A stretch of 64,000 bases of DNA, taken from contig NC_043001.1 in assembly GCF_006345805.1 (NCBI RefSeq), positions 1,364,001 through 1,428,000 on the forward strand, read 5' to 3'. The position numbers were made by a program, and so were the translations under genes. The notes under the pieces are model-generated. The model saw only the letters and a list, made by a program, of their open reading frames with translations. It had not been told where the DNA came from and did no database searches. Source of the DNA: Octopus sinensis (taxonomy: Eukaryota). Shown one piece after another: positions 1 to 13,885 of this stretch (positions are counted from its first letter, which is position 1; the number at the start of each line of letters is the position of its first letter).

Positions 1-389
1 AGGTGGACTGATTGATTAAACGATAAACTAATGCCAGCGATTTGATCTATGAAGCACAATCACACACAAGATAGCTTCTTTGGTTTTGTGTTTTTGGTGG
101 GAATATCATTTATCAGTTCATGAAAATATAATTATTTCCTGCAGAGCCAGGAATCCGGAGATATTTACAAAAAGGTTACTTTTTTAATGTTGTTATTGTT
201 GTTTAGTTCAAAGTTTAGTCTTAGCCAGACATGATTGAAAAGATTCTAGCCTTGACCATCCCATCTTGTTTTCTGACATTCACATCAGTCTTGGCAGAAT
301 AAACACCATCGACTGTGTCCTTCCCTTTATTATAAAACGGTTGCATGTAATCGGGACTGCAGAGAGACAGTTCTTTTAGTTTAGACCCT

Positions 390-570
390 GTTGTTGTTTG
401 GTCCCAGGTCAAATCTGACTGAAAAAATTTATGATCAAAGACACTCCAATCATGACCATTCCAACTTTTTCCTGTTTGCAAGGAATACAATGTATTGTTT
501 TAAGATACTAATCTGTGGCATGAAGGACATTTTACTACTATTTCTAGCATATTCGAAGAACTTCATAATT
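390..570. mobile_element. Degenerate copy of a dispersed SINE-like repeat
   Basis: Motifs ttgttgttt..cccaggtca / tatgatcaaag / ctatttctagca recur at ~2695-2830, 2955-3030, 5315-5480, 33370-33530, 47895-48080 and 55710-55900. Confidence 0.55.
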
Positions 571-1434
571 TAGTCAGTTCGACCTCATTTAGGCTTTTTG
601 ATAAAACCATTTCACATACCTTTTGCTAATAAATGTCCTTTAAAAACATTAAATTTTTTTTTTAGATTATAGGTCTCTAAAGAGGCATTGCTCTTGTTCA
701 TGTTTACTATGCTTTTGTTGCTATGTTCATCAAGCTTTCTGTCTGGTCTCAAAAATATCTCATGACATGAGCACAAGACCACAAAAGAGATTTCACTCAC
801 ATTCATTCTAACTCTGCTGTCATTGCTCAATACAGAGTAAGCTTTGCTTGCCATTGCTACCGTATTAAACAACAGATTGTATCAAATGCTACATTTTGAA
901 GACTTCTACATTATCAGAGGATGAAGACCACATAACTACGTTGGTATTATTGGCAGAGAAACATAACTTGAAATTGTGGAACTTCCAAAGCTTAATGGGA
1001 GATAGAAAATCCTGGCATCGCATGGAGAAATGCTTCCCATTTGCAGGAACTTGAAGTAGCTAAAGCAAGAATTATAAGTTTCACTCTTGACATTGGTTAG
1101 TGTTTTGCCTAAGGCAAGCCCCTAAGTCGATTCTGCTCAACCAAACTAATACCCACCCTTGTTCTTCAATCACTACACTGACCTCTTTTTTCACCTGTTT
1201 ATTCCCTCCTCTCACTCTTATGAAAGCATATCCCCTCCCATCATCCACTTGTCCTCTCTTTTGCTCACTTTCTTGTTCCTTGTTACTGCATAGTTTGTTT
1301 ATGCTTACCCCCCTCCTATCTCCCAGATATTTCCTCTATAGCAACACACTCATGTTTGACTGTCATACTTTGGCCATTCAACACCTGGCATACATCCACT
1401 TATCACCACTTTCCCCTGAGCTTTTTTTCTCTCC

Positions 1435-1655
1435 TGCAAGTTACATGGCAACCTCACTAGTGCCAGTGGCATACAAATAAAGAAGCACCCAGTAAACTCT
1501 CTTAAGTGGTTGGCATTAGGTGGAGCATCTAACTGTAGAAATCATGCCAAAAATTACACTGACGCCCAATGCAGTCCTGCAGCTCAGTGGTTCTTTGTCA
1601 AACTGCTTTATTCTTGCCAGCATGGAAAACAGATGTTAAACGATGATCATGATAA
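1435..1655 (+). mobile_element. Old RTE LINE 3' tail
   Basis: gtggttggcattagg...gccagcatggaaaacagatgttaaacgatgatcatgat matches the 3' terminus attached to RTE coding sequence at 38100-38293. Confidence 0.7.
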
Positions 1656-3419
1656 TTCCAGCCATGACTGTCCACTCTTATTTCAGGTACAGTATATTTT
1701 GGACTACATTATCCAGTGGCAACTTACTTTATTTTTGACATGAAGGGTACGATATGAGACTTATTTGGCTACTATTTCTAACTGGTCAAACAACCCTATT
1801 AAGGCTCTCCAATTGCCATGAGTTGTATGATACATCATCTAAAGTAAAATTAATTTCTCTGTTTGGTAGGAAAAACCTCAAAGAAAAGTGGAATCCTTTA
1901 TTGCCGTATTTCTATTGAAATAATCTGTTTGCATTCCAATTAATTTTGAAATTAAAGAATTTAGTAAAATAACTTTTGTCATTGTTAATTTGGGGTTTGG
2001 AACATTCCATGAAATTTTCAGAGAAGGTTTTAATTCACATCAGTTTAAAATGGAAAGTTTACATCAGAGAACCAGTGCCAGTCTCTATGGAGTTGATTTC
2101 AAAATGGTTAATTTGTCATTTGTAAATAGCTGCATTAACCATTAAGAACAGAATTGAAGGAAAACAATTTGCTTTCCAACTTTCCACTGTTTGCCATTTG
2201 CATCCGAAAAACTCTGTTAAAGGTTTTTATAGATTTGCTGTAGGAACTATTTTAATCTGTGGATTTGAATGATGAACACCTGGGAAAGAGATAGAAAACA
2301 AACTAAATTGAAAATATTTCAAAATATTAAGGAGGGTGAAGAATAGTTCTTAGGCACAACATTTGGTGAACAGAGTATTCTATGGAAGTTTACCATTATT
2401 AAGAGAAACCATTGAAACATATGGATCTATGTTTGTTGGACTGGAATGTTGATGGTGAAAAAAGAATGAGTTATATGTCAACTGTTGCCATGGGAACAAG
2501 AAGATGGTAAAAAAAGAAGTGGAAGACCTTGTCATGTATTTGTGTATTTGTTGCTGCAGGACACAAACCTTGGAAATAAAATGATGTTGCAGTGATTGAT
2601 GGGGGAAAGGAAAAGATGCATAAGATTGGCCGTAGGAATCTTCATGGGTTTCAGGCATGACACAACATCTGAATTGAAAGAGAGGAACCTTTTGTTGTTG
2701 TTGTTGTTATTTAGCCTTGATCAAACTCATATTCAAGGATGTGACCATTTTGTTTTTTCTTCTATAGACTGATGAGTGATTTGAGGGATTTTAGACTGCT
2801 ATTTCTGGCAGGTTAAGTAAGTACCTATGCTGTTACATGGTTCATCAACTTTTCCTCATCTGACTGATGCTCCAGCTGGGAAGTTTGGTTTTTCTTTTTC
2901 TTGCATATTTATCTCAAAGACTAAATTATTTAGTATTACCTTTTTTTTTGTAAGACAGCAGGTTGTGATTTAAGGGAGATTTCACTGTTATTTCTAGCAG
3001 ATCGAGTGACCATGCAGTGGATCACTCATTAACAGTAAAATTTGCTTTTTTTTGCAAAGCATAAAATATTACTTACTTTGTCTCCCAGGTTTAACCTTAG
3101 ACATATCTACACTTTGACCATCTCGTGTTTTTAGAATTTCATTACTGAAAGTGGTCCTCCTTGTTATAGAAGATACAATTTGATTGGAGACCCACTTGAC
3201 TATTATTTCTAGCAGGTCAAACAACTATGCAATATTTCCTTGTTAACTAAAGTCAAAATTTCCTGATTGGCTTATAAAAGCTCAGTCAGATGATCATGTG
3301 ACTCTGGCAATATTGGTGGTGGTGGTGGTAGTGTTGGTGGCAGTGATGATAGTGATGGTGAAGATGGTGCTGTGGATCATAATGGCTTGGATAATGATTT
3401 TTCCCAGAAGACCAGGAAT

Positions 3420-3600
3420 TTTTGGAGAAGGAATAAATTGGTTAAATTTACCCCAGTATGTGACTGGTACTTCATTATCATCTAATGAAATGATGAAAAA
3501 CAAAGTTGACCCAAGTGTGGTTTAGAACTCAGAATGAGAAGGACCAGAAACAAGGTATTTTGTCCAATTGTCATCCATAATTCTGTCAATCCACTGCTCT
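3420..3600 (-). mobile_element. Dispersed SINE-like repeat fragment
   Basis: ccccagtatgtgactggtact motif is shared with 7610-7800 (+) and 33850-33990 (-). Confidence 0.5.
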
Positions 3601-5698
3601 GTGGACAATAATGACCTCTAGCGTTGGGTGAAGCAAAATTTTTCAAAGAAGTGTGGCTGATTTAATAAATTCCCAACTTTTGATGGGAGATATATTTTAG
3701 AAGTTCCACAAGATTGAAGGACATGGTTGACCTCAGCAAGATTTGAACTCAGTAAGAAAAGGTGGTGATTAAATTCTATGAGGCATTTTGTCCAGCACTC
3801 TATCAATTCTGCCATTGGCATGGTGGTAGTAATGATGACGATGATGACAATGGTGATGATAGTAATTACACCACTGCTGCCGCTGCTTCTACTGCTGCCA
3901 CTGATGATGATGATGATGATGAAGATGATGATGAAACCAATTGAGTTATCTACCTAGTCATATCTTCACACCATTAAGATAAGAGAAACAATAGCTGATA
4001 TTAATTAAATATAACCAATTTAGTCTCAATAATAATGATCACAAGAAGAATATTAAATTCATTGGCACTAACATAAATTATCACAAATCTTGCATATCTC
4101 GGCTTACCTGATTTAGACGAGGTAACTTACCAAAGTTTATTTCCATCCTCCCTTAACCAGTTAACTTGATATGGCTATCATCTCAACTCGACAACACAGC
4201 AAACTGAAATCTGTGATGTTATAAATCTTTCAGCTGTGATTATTTGTTTCTGCTGATTGAATAAACATGATCCCTATTGTAATCAATATTTATTTTAAAA
4301 TGAGTGATTTGCTGATGATAACTTGAGAAGCTGCAAGCACATTAAACAGTGCAGTTAAAGCGAATCTGTGCGAATAAATACATTGTGAACAAACTATCTA
4401 TAATGAAGTTGTGGTGTCAACAGGCATAAACGAGGGTCAAGTACAGAGTGCTAGATGTGGCGGGGGCGGGGAAGCATTTGGAGCCGATGTCAAACATTGG
4501 CAAGTGAAAGATATGGCAGATGATAAAGTTGATGAAATGAGATGATATGGAGGGGGAAAAAAACTGTAGGAAAAGATGAGGTGAAAGGAGATAGAAGGAA
4601 AATAGACAATAAACAAATGATAAGAGGAGATAGAAAAATGGTCGGGGAATAGAAAATGGGAAATAGGGGAGTGGAAAAAAAAATCAATGAACAAATAGCG
4701 AAAAGATTGATGTTTGACCAAATGATAAATGATACTCAATAGAAGAATGATTATGTATTAAAGAGTATCGCGAGCTAAGAAGCACATAACCATAATTAAT
4801 CGATTCACAATATGGCTGTTTGAAATATTGTTAGAAGATTGAAATGGCAAAGCTGTAATGGAACAACAGTAATATAGAATGACTGTTGTAATAAGTTAGG
4901 ATTTAGAGGTTAGCAAGACTGAAATATCAAAACCTCATATTTCTCTCTCTTCCATTTCACTGTTTCTGGCTCTTTCCTACAACAAACTGTAGCCATTATT
5001 TAGAAGCAACCTCTTCTGTCTTTTTGTAAAAGGACTTAACAAAACAAAGCAGATTCACTTCCATCCATTTAACAAAGCAACAAAGCTAGAAAGGAACCCT
5101 ATGTGGTTGTTTGACCTGCTTGAAATAACAGCTAAATTTTCCCCACAACTTCACCCTACTGTCTTAAAAATGTGAGAAATGGGTTCAATATATATCCAGA
5201 AGATATACTGGAAACTAAAGCGAAGCATGTCGAGTGTTAACTATTCAAGACAATTTTAACTTGAATTGAAGATAGAATACATCAAATATTTTAATCAGAG
5301 TGTGTTGCTGTTGTTATTGTGGTTGTTGTTTAACCCCAGGACATAACTGTGATCAACCTGTCTTGCTTTCAGGAATAGTCTATCCAGGACTATATCATTC
5401 AGTGTATTTCTCTTTCTCCAGATGTTGGAATGCGATTTAAGGGATTCTAGGCCAGTGGTCAGTTGAGTGGCCGCCTCTAGGGGCATCTTTGGTGGCTCAG
5501 GTATGGCTACTCACACACACACACACACACACACGGAAATATTAAGGTTTTAGTAGTGTAAAGAATAGTATACAATGATAAGGTTAATCAGTGGAAATAA
5601 AGGAATTGTGCCTTAATTTATAAAAACAAAACGTTAAAAATAATTATGTTGTGACCAGAACTGGCCTAAGCCATGTCTGGCTTAACAGCACCACATGT

Positions 5699-5770
5699 GT
5701 ATGTATGTATGTATGTATGTATGTATGTATGTATGTATGTATGTATGTATGTATGTATGTATGTATGTAT
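5699..5770. repeat. (TATG)n microsatellite
   Basis: Direct reading. Confidence 0.95.
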
Positions 5771-6024
5771 GTGTGTATATATACACACAAAAAATACAAG
5801 TACAGAATTCTTCGTATTTTCCAAGAAAGTGAAATGAAAATAAAGTAGTACTTAGGTATGCTTGTATTGTTACCAAAGAGGAACAAACATTCTCAAGTGC
5901 TTGACAAAAATTTCTTAAATGTAATAATGTAAATAGTTTATTATATTTCATCCAGTTCAATTCCTTGGAGAATTGGGAGACTATCTGTAACTTCATTGTA
6001 CCTCTTTGTTACTCATTTATATCT

Positions 6025-6080
<56 letters not shown>

Positions 6081-6299
6081 TGTCCAACCCATGCCAGTCT
6101 AGAAAGCAGATGTTAAACAATAACGATGATGATGACAAAACTAAGGAAGAGTTCCTTCATTTCCTGTGACTAACTTGAATTCAAGTTTGGTCCCATTGTG
6201 TGGCCCCATGGACAAATATCTTATACTGTAGCCCTGGACTAACCATAAACCGTGTGAGTGGATTTGTAGACAAAAATCAAAAATAACCTGATGCATTTA

Positions 6300-6370
<71 letters not shown>

Positions 6371-6399
6371 TGTGTGTGTTGTCTCCCATTTCTGCTTGA

Positions 6400-7543
6400 C
6401 AATTGGTGTCAAACCTAATGCACCTACTGTAATAGGAATTGTTTGATTTTTAGATTCCATATTCGAGTTACCTCTATTTCCAGATCTTTGTATTTTGAAG
6501 GTTTCTCAGTTTCTTTTAGAGAAACACTGTCATCTGTTGGTATTGATACATCGATTAGAAAGCATTTTTCTCCTTGGTGATCTCTGACAACTATATCCAG
6601 CATATTGGCCCTGATTTTTCTGTTTGTGTGTATTGGTATATCCCAGAGTTTGCTTGCTTTCTCATTTTCTTTGACCTTTTCAGGCATATGTCTATACCAT
6701 CTTTTTTTCTGTTGTTATTCCATAGTGTTGGCATAGCTTCCAGTGTATGTGGGTCCCAACTCTGTCTTGTCTGTGAATATATTCTTTCTTTGCCAGGACT
6801 GGGCAGCCAGAGACAATATGATTTATTGTTTCTTCTCCATCTCCACATATTCTGCAGTTACTTGTTGTATTTCTTTTCATTATGTGTTTTTGGTGATTTC
6901 TGGTGGGAAGGTTTTGGTCTGGTGCTGCAATTAAAAATCCTTCAGTCTCTGCTTTGAGTCCTGAGCTTCTCAGCCATTTTGGGGATTTTGCTTTGTCTAT
7001 TTCTTTTCTGTTTAGCTTAACCCAATATCTGTCATGAAGGGGCCTTTCTTGCCATCGTTTTATCATGATCCGTTGCTGTTCCAGTTTTAGTTTGGAATTC
7101 AGCTGTTTTACAGCTTTTGTTCTTTCTTCTTTTTCTTCATAGTTGTCAGGCAGTTTGACTTCCTTTTTGCATTTGTCAGCTTCCTTAAAGACTGAAAGCA
7201 GTTTTTTGTTTTGTTTGTGTTTTGTGGCTATTTGTATTAGTTTTCCTTGCTTCCAAAGTAGGTATTTCTGTCATCCTTTGGTAGTTATTTTGTAATAGTA
7301 TTTTAAATCCCCTTTTCTTGCTTAGTAGTACTGATTGTCTACTAGTTTCATTAAGGATTGAGAGACCCTTTCTTTTATTTTCTATTTTTTTCTGGATATT
7401 GTTTATCCACAGGATTTGTTTAGGTGGTGATACTCCTGTTTGGATGGGTTTGAGGGAGTATCCAGCTTCTTTTGTGGCCTCTGAGGCTGCTTTCTATATT
7501 ATATAGCCTGGTCATATTGACATTTTGTTTCTGTGGTAGATAG

Positions 7544-7545
<2 letters not shown>
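6400..7545 (-). mobile_element. R4/Dong-type non-LTR retrotransposon fragment (zinc knuckle plus restriction-like endonuclease), frameshifted, RT absent
   Basis: ORFs 6692-7066 and 6424-6687 give CRICGDGEETINHIVSGC (CCHC), a decayed RHD motif (RQD), LWD, LDIVV...LIDVSIP and EKPSKYKDL, typical of RLE domains. The 5' end abuts (TTA)n. Confidence 0.85.

Positions 7546-7585
<40 letters not shown>
7546..7585. repeat. (TTA)n microsatellite
   Basis: Direct reading; it flanks the Dong-like element. Confidence 0.95.
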
Positions 7586-7802
7586 TTGAACCATTAAGAT
7601 ATTGCACAAAATGCCTTGTGTTATTTGCTTTGGATCTTTACGTTTATAGATCAAATCCTGCCAAAATCAACTTTGTCATTAAACTCCCACTGTGGTCAAT
7701 AAATTAAAGTACCAGTCACATACTGGGGTTGGTGAAATCGACTAATCCTCTCCCCTTAAAACTACTGGCCCTGTGCCTAAATCAGAAACCACTATTATCA
7801 TT

Positions 7803-7842
<40 letters not shown>

Positions 7843-9124
7843 TAGAAAACCCTGATAGTTACTATAGTATCCCAGTCTGTACATCTCTACCAAATTCTTT
7901 GTTGGTCATTAAAAGCACAACTGAAAATACTTATATTTTATTATAGTTTTTCAGATATCAAATATACAGGAGTGGACCAATAATTTATACACTGATAGCA
8001 GCAGCAGTAGTAGAAGCGGCAGCAGCAGCAGTAGTAGAAGCGGCAGCAGCAGCAGCACATTACATGATATCCACTCTGACCTTGTCATACTCACAGTTTT
8101 AAAATGACCTCTTCTATCATATTCAGAGAGCGTCCTCCATTAACTTTCATATTTATTTTTCCCTTTCATTTTTAATAGTCTTTTTCTTTCTCTTCTTATA
8201 ATCTCCTGATCAATAAGATACATTATTCGTAGAAATATCACTTGTTGATTAAGTATCTATTATTCTTTGAGATTGTCCGTCAAGTAATGATGACTCATAG
8301 AAGTTATTAATTTTACTGTATACCTCACCCCACCACCACCACCACCATTAACTACACACACACACACACTAAGATATACATAAAAAAAAGCTTTCAGAAT
8401 CTTTAAAAATATGAATATGACAATGACAAATAATGAGAAAAGAGAAACTAATAAATCACTTCTAACGGTGTTCAACTGCTGTAATTCTTTGTTATTCCAC
8501 AAGTGTGTATACCAACCCAGTTAGGGAAAGAAACTAGATCCAGCTGTTAATTCCTTTTGACTGAACTTAGGCTGTTGTAGACCAACAAACACTGAAAATT
8601 TTCTATATTCTGTTAAGAAGAAATCAGGAATCATAATTAAGGAACAATGTATGGCCCCTGTCAACCAGTACTGTTCATGCATTTATTTATATTTGGACAG
8701 ACCTGGGCAAGATATTTTGCCCTTATTTGAAGGCTACAATTTTCCCTTCTTGCCCCAAAGAAAGTTTACAGATCTGAACAAAAACGGCTTGGCACAAATG
8801 TTGTTGCACGTGTTTATGTCTTAACAGTAAGAATCAGGCACCAGACAGTGCAAGACATCACATCCAATCCTCAAACATTTCCATCTCTCCATTGCCAGGA
8901 ATCAGAATAAAAGTCAAAGTTGACCTTAGTTGGATTTGAACTCTGGTTGCAGATAACTGGAAAGATTTGCTCTCAAACATTCTGTTGAACATTTTCATGA
9001 CTGCCAAACTCACCGTCCAATCTGTCACATTTCTGCAAACAATTCGATATTCAAGGTACCCCATGTTTGATTAAACACCCAATTCAGAGTTGTCTGAAGC
9101 TCAGATTTTAACTTTAAACATTGG

Positions 9125-9387
9125 CATTTGATCAATAGCCTGCTCGTGAAATTAATGTGCAACTGGCTGAGTATTTCACAAACATGTGAACCCTTAATGT
9201 AATTCTCAGGCAGATCGAGTATAACACAAAATGTGATGAAGCAGGCCCTTATTTTTGCAGGCTGAGTGTAATGGAGGAATGTGAAATAAAGTGTCTTGTT
9301 CAAGGACACAATGCACCCCCAGGAATTGAACCCACTGTCTTATGATTGGGAACCAAATACTCAAACCACTATGCCACTAGCCTTCAC
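9125..9387 (-). mobile_element. tRNA-derived SINE
   Basis: Minus strand has A-box tggcatagtgg and B-box ggttcaattcc; the body matches the SINE at 31932-32285. Confidence 0.75.
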
Positions 9388-10675
9388 TGAAGTTCAGATG
9401 AGACGTATCTAAATGTGACTCTTATGTTGAGGCTGACATCACATGTGACGTAAGGACAACTCCGAGGAAAGAGAGAAACAATAGCCTCCAACCTGAAAAA
9501 CAATGGAAAATTTGGTACCTGAACTTCTGCAATCTAGTTTGGATGTAAGGTAAGTAATGCAGGAAAGTCTGGATCAAAGGTGACACTCAATTAATGGAGA
9601 TGCAGCTCCTCCTGTGACACCATGTGCAACTGTGGCACCTGTTGAGGAAATAGGCAATAACAGAAGAACGGAGGATCTCTACTGACTTTGCAGTTTAGAG
9701 TAAAGGTGTGGAGATATGTGTTTGGTTTTTGATGAACAGAATTTAGCTGAATGTGAAGGAATCTCATAAGTTGATGGAAGTCAAGAATAAAGAAAATACT
9801 GGAGTTTTGGGTTCTGATATTTCTGAAACTGATATAAAGAAGAAATATTCTAATCTCCTTCACTGGACACTCATCTGCGATGATACAACCCCTGTGTAGA
9901 GGTATAAGCATGTCTGCTGTTAGGGGCTCAGTTCCTCTGTGTTAACGTTGTTGTCTATACTATAGCTGCGTGTGTGTGACTTCTCTTTGTCTTTACATGT
10001 CTGGTGTCTGTAAACAAAACAACAGCTTGGTTATCAGACACAAACAGGATTATTTATTTACATTTAGCCCTGCAAACACATCCAGGTTTCTCAATGTGTT
10101 TCCACATGTAGAGCAAGTTTTGTAAAGCAAAAAGAAACTGTTGAGGGTTGATGGCAGCAAAGACCTCCAGCTGCAGAAAATCTGCCTCATCAAATCTCAT
10201 CCGACCCATGCAAGCATGGAAAAGTAGATAATACAATGAAATGACGATCTCAGGGTGTTAACCGGTATTTTCCTGGAGACTCTACCAGTGAATTCGCTTC
10301 AAACATCAATGTGATGAAGCTTTGACCCATGCCAGTAGGGTTTGCTTTTCTTATTTCAGCCAGTAGTCCAACACGTTTGTTGATGATTAATTTTATTGAC
10401 AGCCGAGAAAGAGAAAGACAAAATCACCATGAACAAGCTGTTAACACTGATCTTAGAGAGATGAAAGAAAACATTACGATACATTTTAGCTGATCGTTGT
10501 TGGTGTGGTTGTTGTTGTTGTTGCGTTTCCAGTCAAATAACATTAACCAAGAATATAAACTAAGAAATTCTTAAACTGGAGGTGTGGCTGTGATTGGGAG
10601 ATCAATGACCTCCAAACATTTAGGGTGGAGCTAAAACAAAATGAGAAATATTATAAAAGTCTGTGCTAAACTAAT

Positions 10676-10706
<31 letters not shown>

Positions 10707-10835
10707 ATCTATACATGCTTGCCTGCCTACCTGCTTTCCTACCTGCCTATCCATCTATCTATGTATCTATCTGTCTATCCATCTATCCATCCACCCATGC
10801 ATATATCTATCTATCTGCTTGTCTGTCTGTCTGTA

Positions 10836-10897
<62 letters not shown>

Positions 10898-11268
10898 TGT
10901 ATGTCAAACTGAAGAATTGCTCAATACATTTTAGTTCAGTACATATTTATTACATTTTTACAAGGCAGCAAACACATCAAAAATTTGAAGCCACTGTCAA
11001 CATTTACCTCGTAAAAGTTTAGTAAATATATATTTATATAATGTCTAAACCCACAAACATTTTGTAAATTTTCACTTCAAATTTTTGCATAAATTAGCAT
11101 TTCAAATGGAGTTGGTACAGAAACAATTGTAACAAATCATTAAAGATGTCAGAGAGAATCCTCTTTGTTTTCTTCTTATCATTTGGATACATATATACAT
11201 ATATATATATAAATTTGAGTGAGAATTGTTGATACTGTCACCTATAATAGTTACATATATATATATGC

Positions 11269-11327
<59 letters not shown>

Positions 11328-11330
<3 letters not shown>

Positions 11331-11721
11331 GGTGCGATGGGTAAATTGTTGGCATTTTTCATTTTTGATTTCGCACATTGTTTGTTGTTGATTTTGTCAA
11401 CTACACAGTATAGAAGGGTCAGTTGGACACTGTCTGTGAGAAAAACAGCATCATGGTGCAATTCACTCTGCCAGAAATTTGTAAACAACATGCTGTACTG
11501 CTTGGCATTCACACCGGAAGCTCCAATACAAACATTTCAGGGTGTTTGGGGGTCTATCTGAGGACATGTACTGAAAGTAATAAAAATCAAACACCCAATG
11601 GACATCATAGTGTCTAAAGTGATCAATAGTGATGGTGACGTTATGCCCACACTGCCAAACAGTGACATTTTCGTTTTTGCATAATTTAGATGACAGTTTT
11701 TTCACTGCACATTGCACCCTG
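11328..11721 (+). mobile_element. Short non-autonomous maT/Tc1-mariner derivative
   Basis: Ends agggtgcgatg and cattgcaccctg are inverted repeats; the interior is homologous to 19137-19978 in the opposite orientation. Confidence 0.85.
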
Positions 11722-11761
11722 AATATATATATATGTATATGTGTGTGTGTGTGTGTGTGTG

Positions 11762-12045
11762 AAGGCACATGGCTTAGTGGTTAAGGTATTACACTCATAA
11801 TTGAAAGATCGTGGGTTTGGTTTCCATACCAGGCATTGCGTTGTGTTCATTTCATGTTGCTCTGCGATAATTTCGACATCTGAAATGTGGCACCCATTGC
11901 ACCTGTACAGGTAATGTCGATCTGATGGAGGGAGTGAGCTGATGTGTACATAAATATTTGATTACTATAAACAAATCATATGTGTAGTTGTTCAGTAAGA
12001 AATTATCAAACCTGCATACATTTTCTAATGACAGGAGAGTCCATT
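11762..12045 (+). mobile_element. tRNA-derived SINE
   Basis: A-box tggcttagtgg and a degenerate B-box; same family as 53607-53875. Confidence 0.7.
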
Positions 12046-12059
12046 TTATATATACATAC

Positions 12060-12120
<61 letters not shown>

Positions 12121-12121
12121 T

Positions 12122-12368
12122 AATTGCAGCATGGAAGGTGTTTATAAGCCATTTAAGAAACACAGAAAAACCGTTACATTCACTTCAATATTTAAATTTA
12201 ATTTGCCAAAATATTTCCATCTCTATGAGACCATGACCTGATCACTGACAAAATTCCGTGCTGTATGGAATTTTTTCAGTGTTTCTTAAATGGCTTATAG
12301 ACACCTTCCACGCTGCAATTGTTTTTGCTTCAGGTCACCTGCTATGCAAGTACAGCTCTGTAACATAT

Positions 12369-12370
<2 letters not shown>
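12122..12370 (-). mobile_element. Head-to-head foldback element with degenerate hammerhead-like motif
   Basis: 49-bp inverted arms 12122-12170 / 12272-12320 (3 mismatches). Minus strand reads tttgtca-GTGATCA-...-ggaaatattt-tggcaaa. Confidence 0.6.
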
Positions 12371-12405
<35 letters not shown>

Positions 12406-12408
<3 letters not shown>

Positions 12409-12753
12409 TCATCATCATCATCATCATCGTTTAACGTCCGTTCTCCATGCTAGCATGGGTTGGACGGTTCGACTGGGGATCTGGGAAGCCAGAAGGCTGC
12501 ACCAGGCTCCAGTCTTATCTGGCAATGTTTCTACAGCTGGATGCCCTTCCTAACGCCAACCACTCCGTGAGTGTAGTGGGTGCTTTTTATGTGCCACCTG
12601 CACAGTGCCAGGCGAGGCTGGCAACAGCCACGGTCGGATTGGTGTATTTTATGTGCCACCGGCACGGAAGCCAGTCGAGGCGGCGCTGGCATCGGCCACG
12701 AGTCGGATAGTGCTTTTTATGTACCACCAGACCAGGGATCCTGGCTGGTTCAA
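12406..12753 (-). mobile_element. RTE LINE 3' tail with (GAT)n end
   Basis: (cat)n-cgtttaacgtccg...gcccttcctaacgccaaccactcc plus 3 hairpin units; nearly identical to 14887-15235. Confidence 0.9.
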
Positions 12754-13651
12754 TATATTGATAGATAGATAGACAGAGAAACAGCTATATATATATATAT
12801 ATATATATAACAATACACGTTGCCCTTCTCAAGCCCAGCCAGGCTCATGGGCCTGGTTTCCCATTTTCTGTGGCGTATGTGTTTCCCTCAGCTCAAGAGT
12901 GGATTTCTTCACTCAGTTGGGTCTCATTGTCTGCATACACTGCAAGAATATCATTCAGTCAGTACTTACGCACCAAGTTTGCTATTCACGTAATATTGTT
13001 GTGTGTGTATATTATTCTGGCCTAACAAGGTGCCTCAGTTTAAGTACCTAATTCAATTGAAACTTACTTCATATATATATGCATGTGTGCATGTGAGAGA
13101 GAAAGAGAGAGAGAGAAGATATGTATATATATATATATCAGTAGGGTGCCACTTGCTAAAACCCGATCCAATGCTCCAAGACCACCAGATACTCACAATA
13201 AAATAGATGTTAAAATGTTATTTTCAACTGAACATCCCAGTCTGTGTTGGTCATTGAAAGGGTGAAATGAATTGCTATACATTACTTGTTGATGCATTCA
13301 ATGCAAAGGTAAATCTATTTCTCGTCTGTTCATTGCACTGTTTGTGTGCATCTTTAGTGGTTTTGGAGCATTGACTCTGATTTTAACAAGTGGTATTATA
13401 TACCCTACTGATTCTCATATTAGCTTATATTGTGCCTGTAACGGTGTGAACCTGCTAGCAACCTTATTATTACCTTATTAATATCATTAATCATTAATAA
13501 TGGTAATAATACATCTTTATTAAATATATATATATATATATATAAATACAGAGAGATGGATAGATAGGACAGAGAAAACAATCTGATGAAGTGATAGTTA
13601 AATACATCATGCATATTGCGATTTGTTCACAGATATATATATATATATATA

Positions 13652-13885
13652 TATCTATACAATATGTTACATTACTCGGTAGTCAAGATAAAACTCTGAG
13701 TTTCAGATGCCGAAGTGGAAATCCACAACACCATCTCTTCGGTTATCTGGCTATTTCCACTTCGGCATCTGAAACTCAGAGTTTTATCTTGACTACCGAG
13801 TAATGTAACATATTGTATAGATAAATTTCCTCTATTTACATAATATTGAGGTCTCTTTCTTTCTTTTGTTATCTTACCGTTTTAT

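Noticed and set aside
144-173. 30-nt micro-exon (cctgcag|...|gttact)
   Set aside because: The donor site is weak and there is no homology or supporting neighbouring exon.
3762-3944. Acidic 60-aa ORF
   Set aside because: It derives from (GAT)n and (GCT)n repeats.
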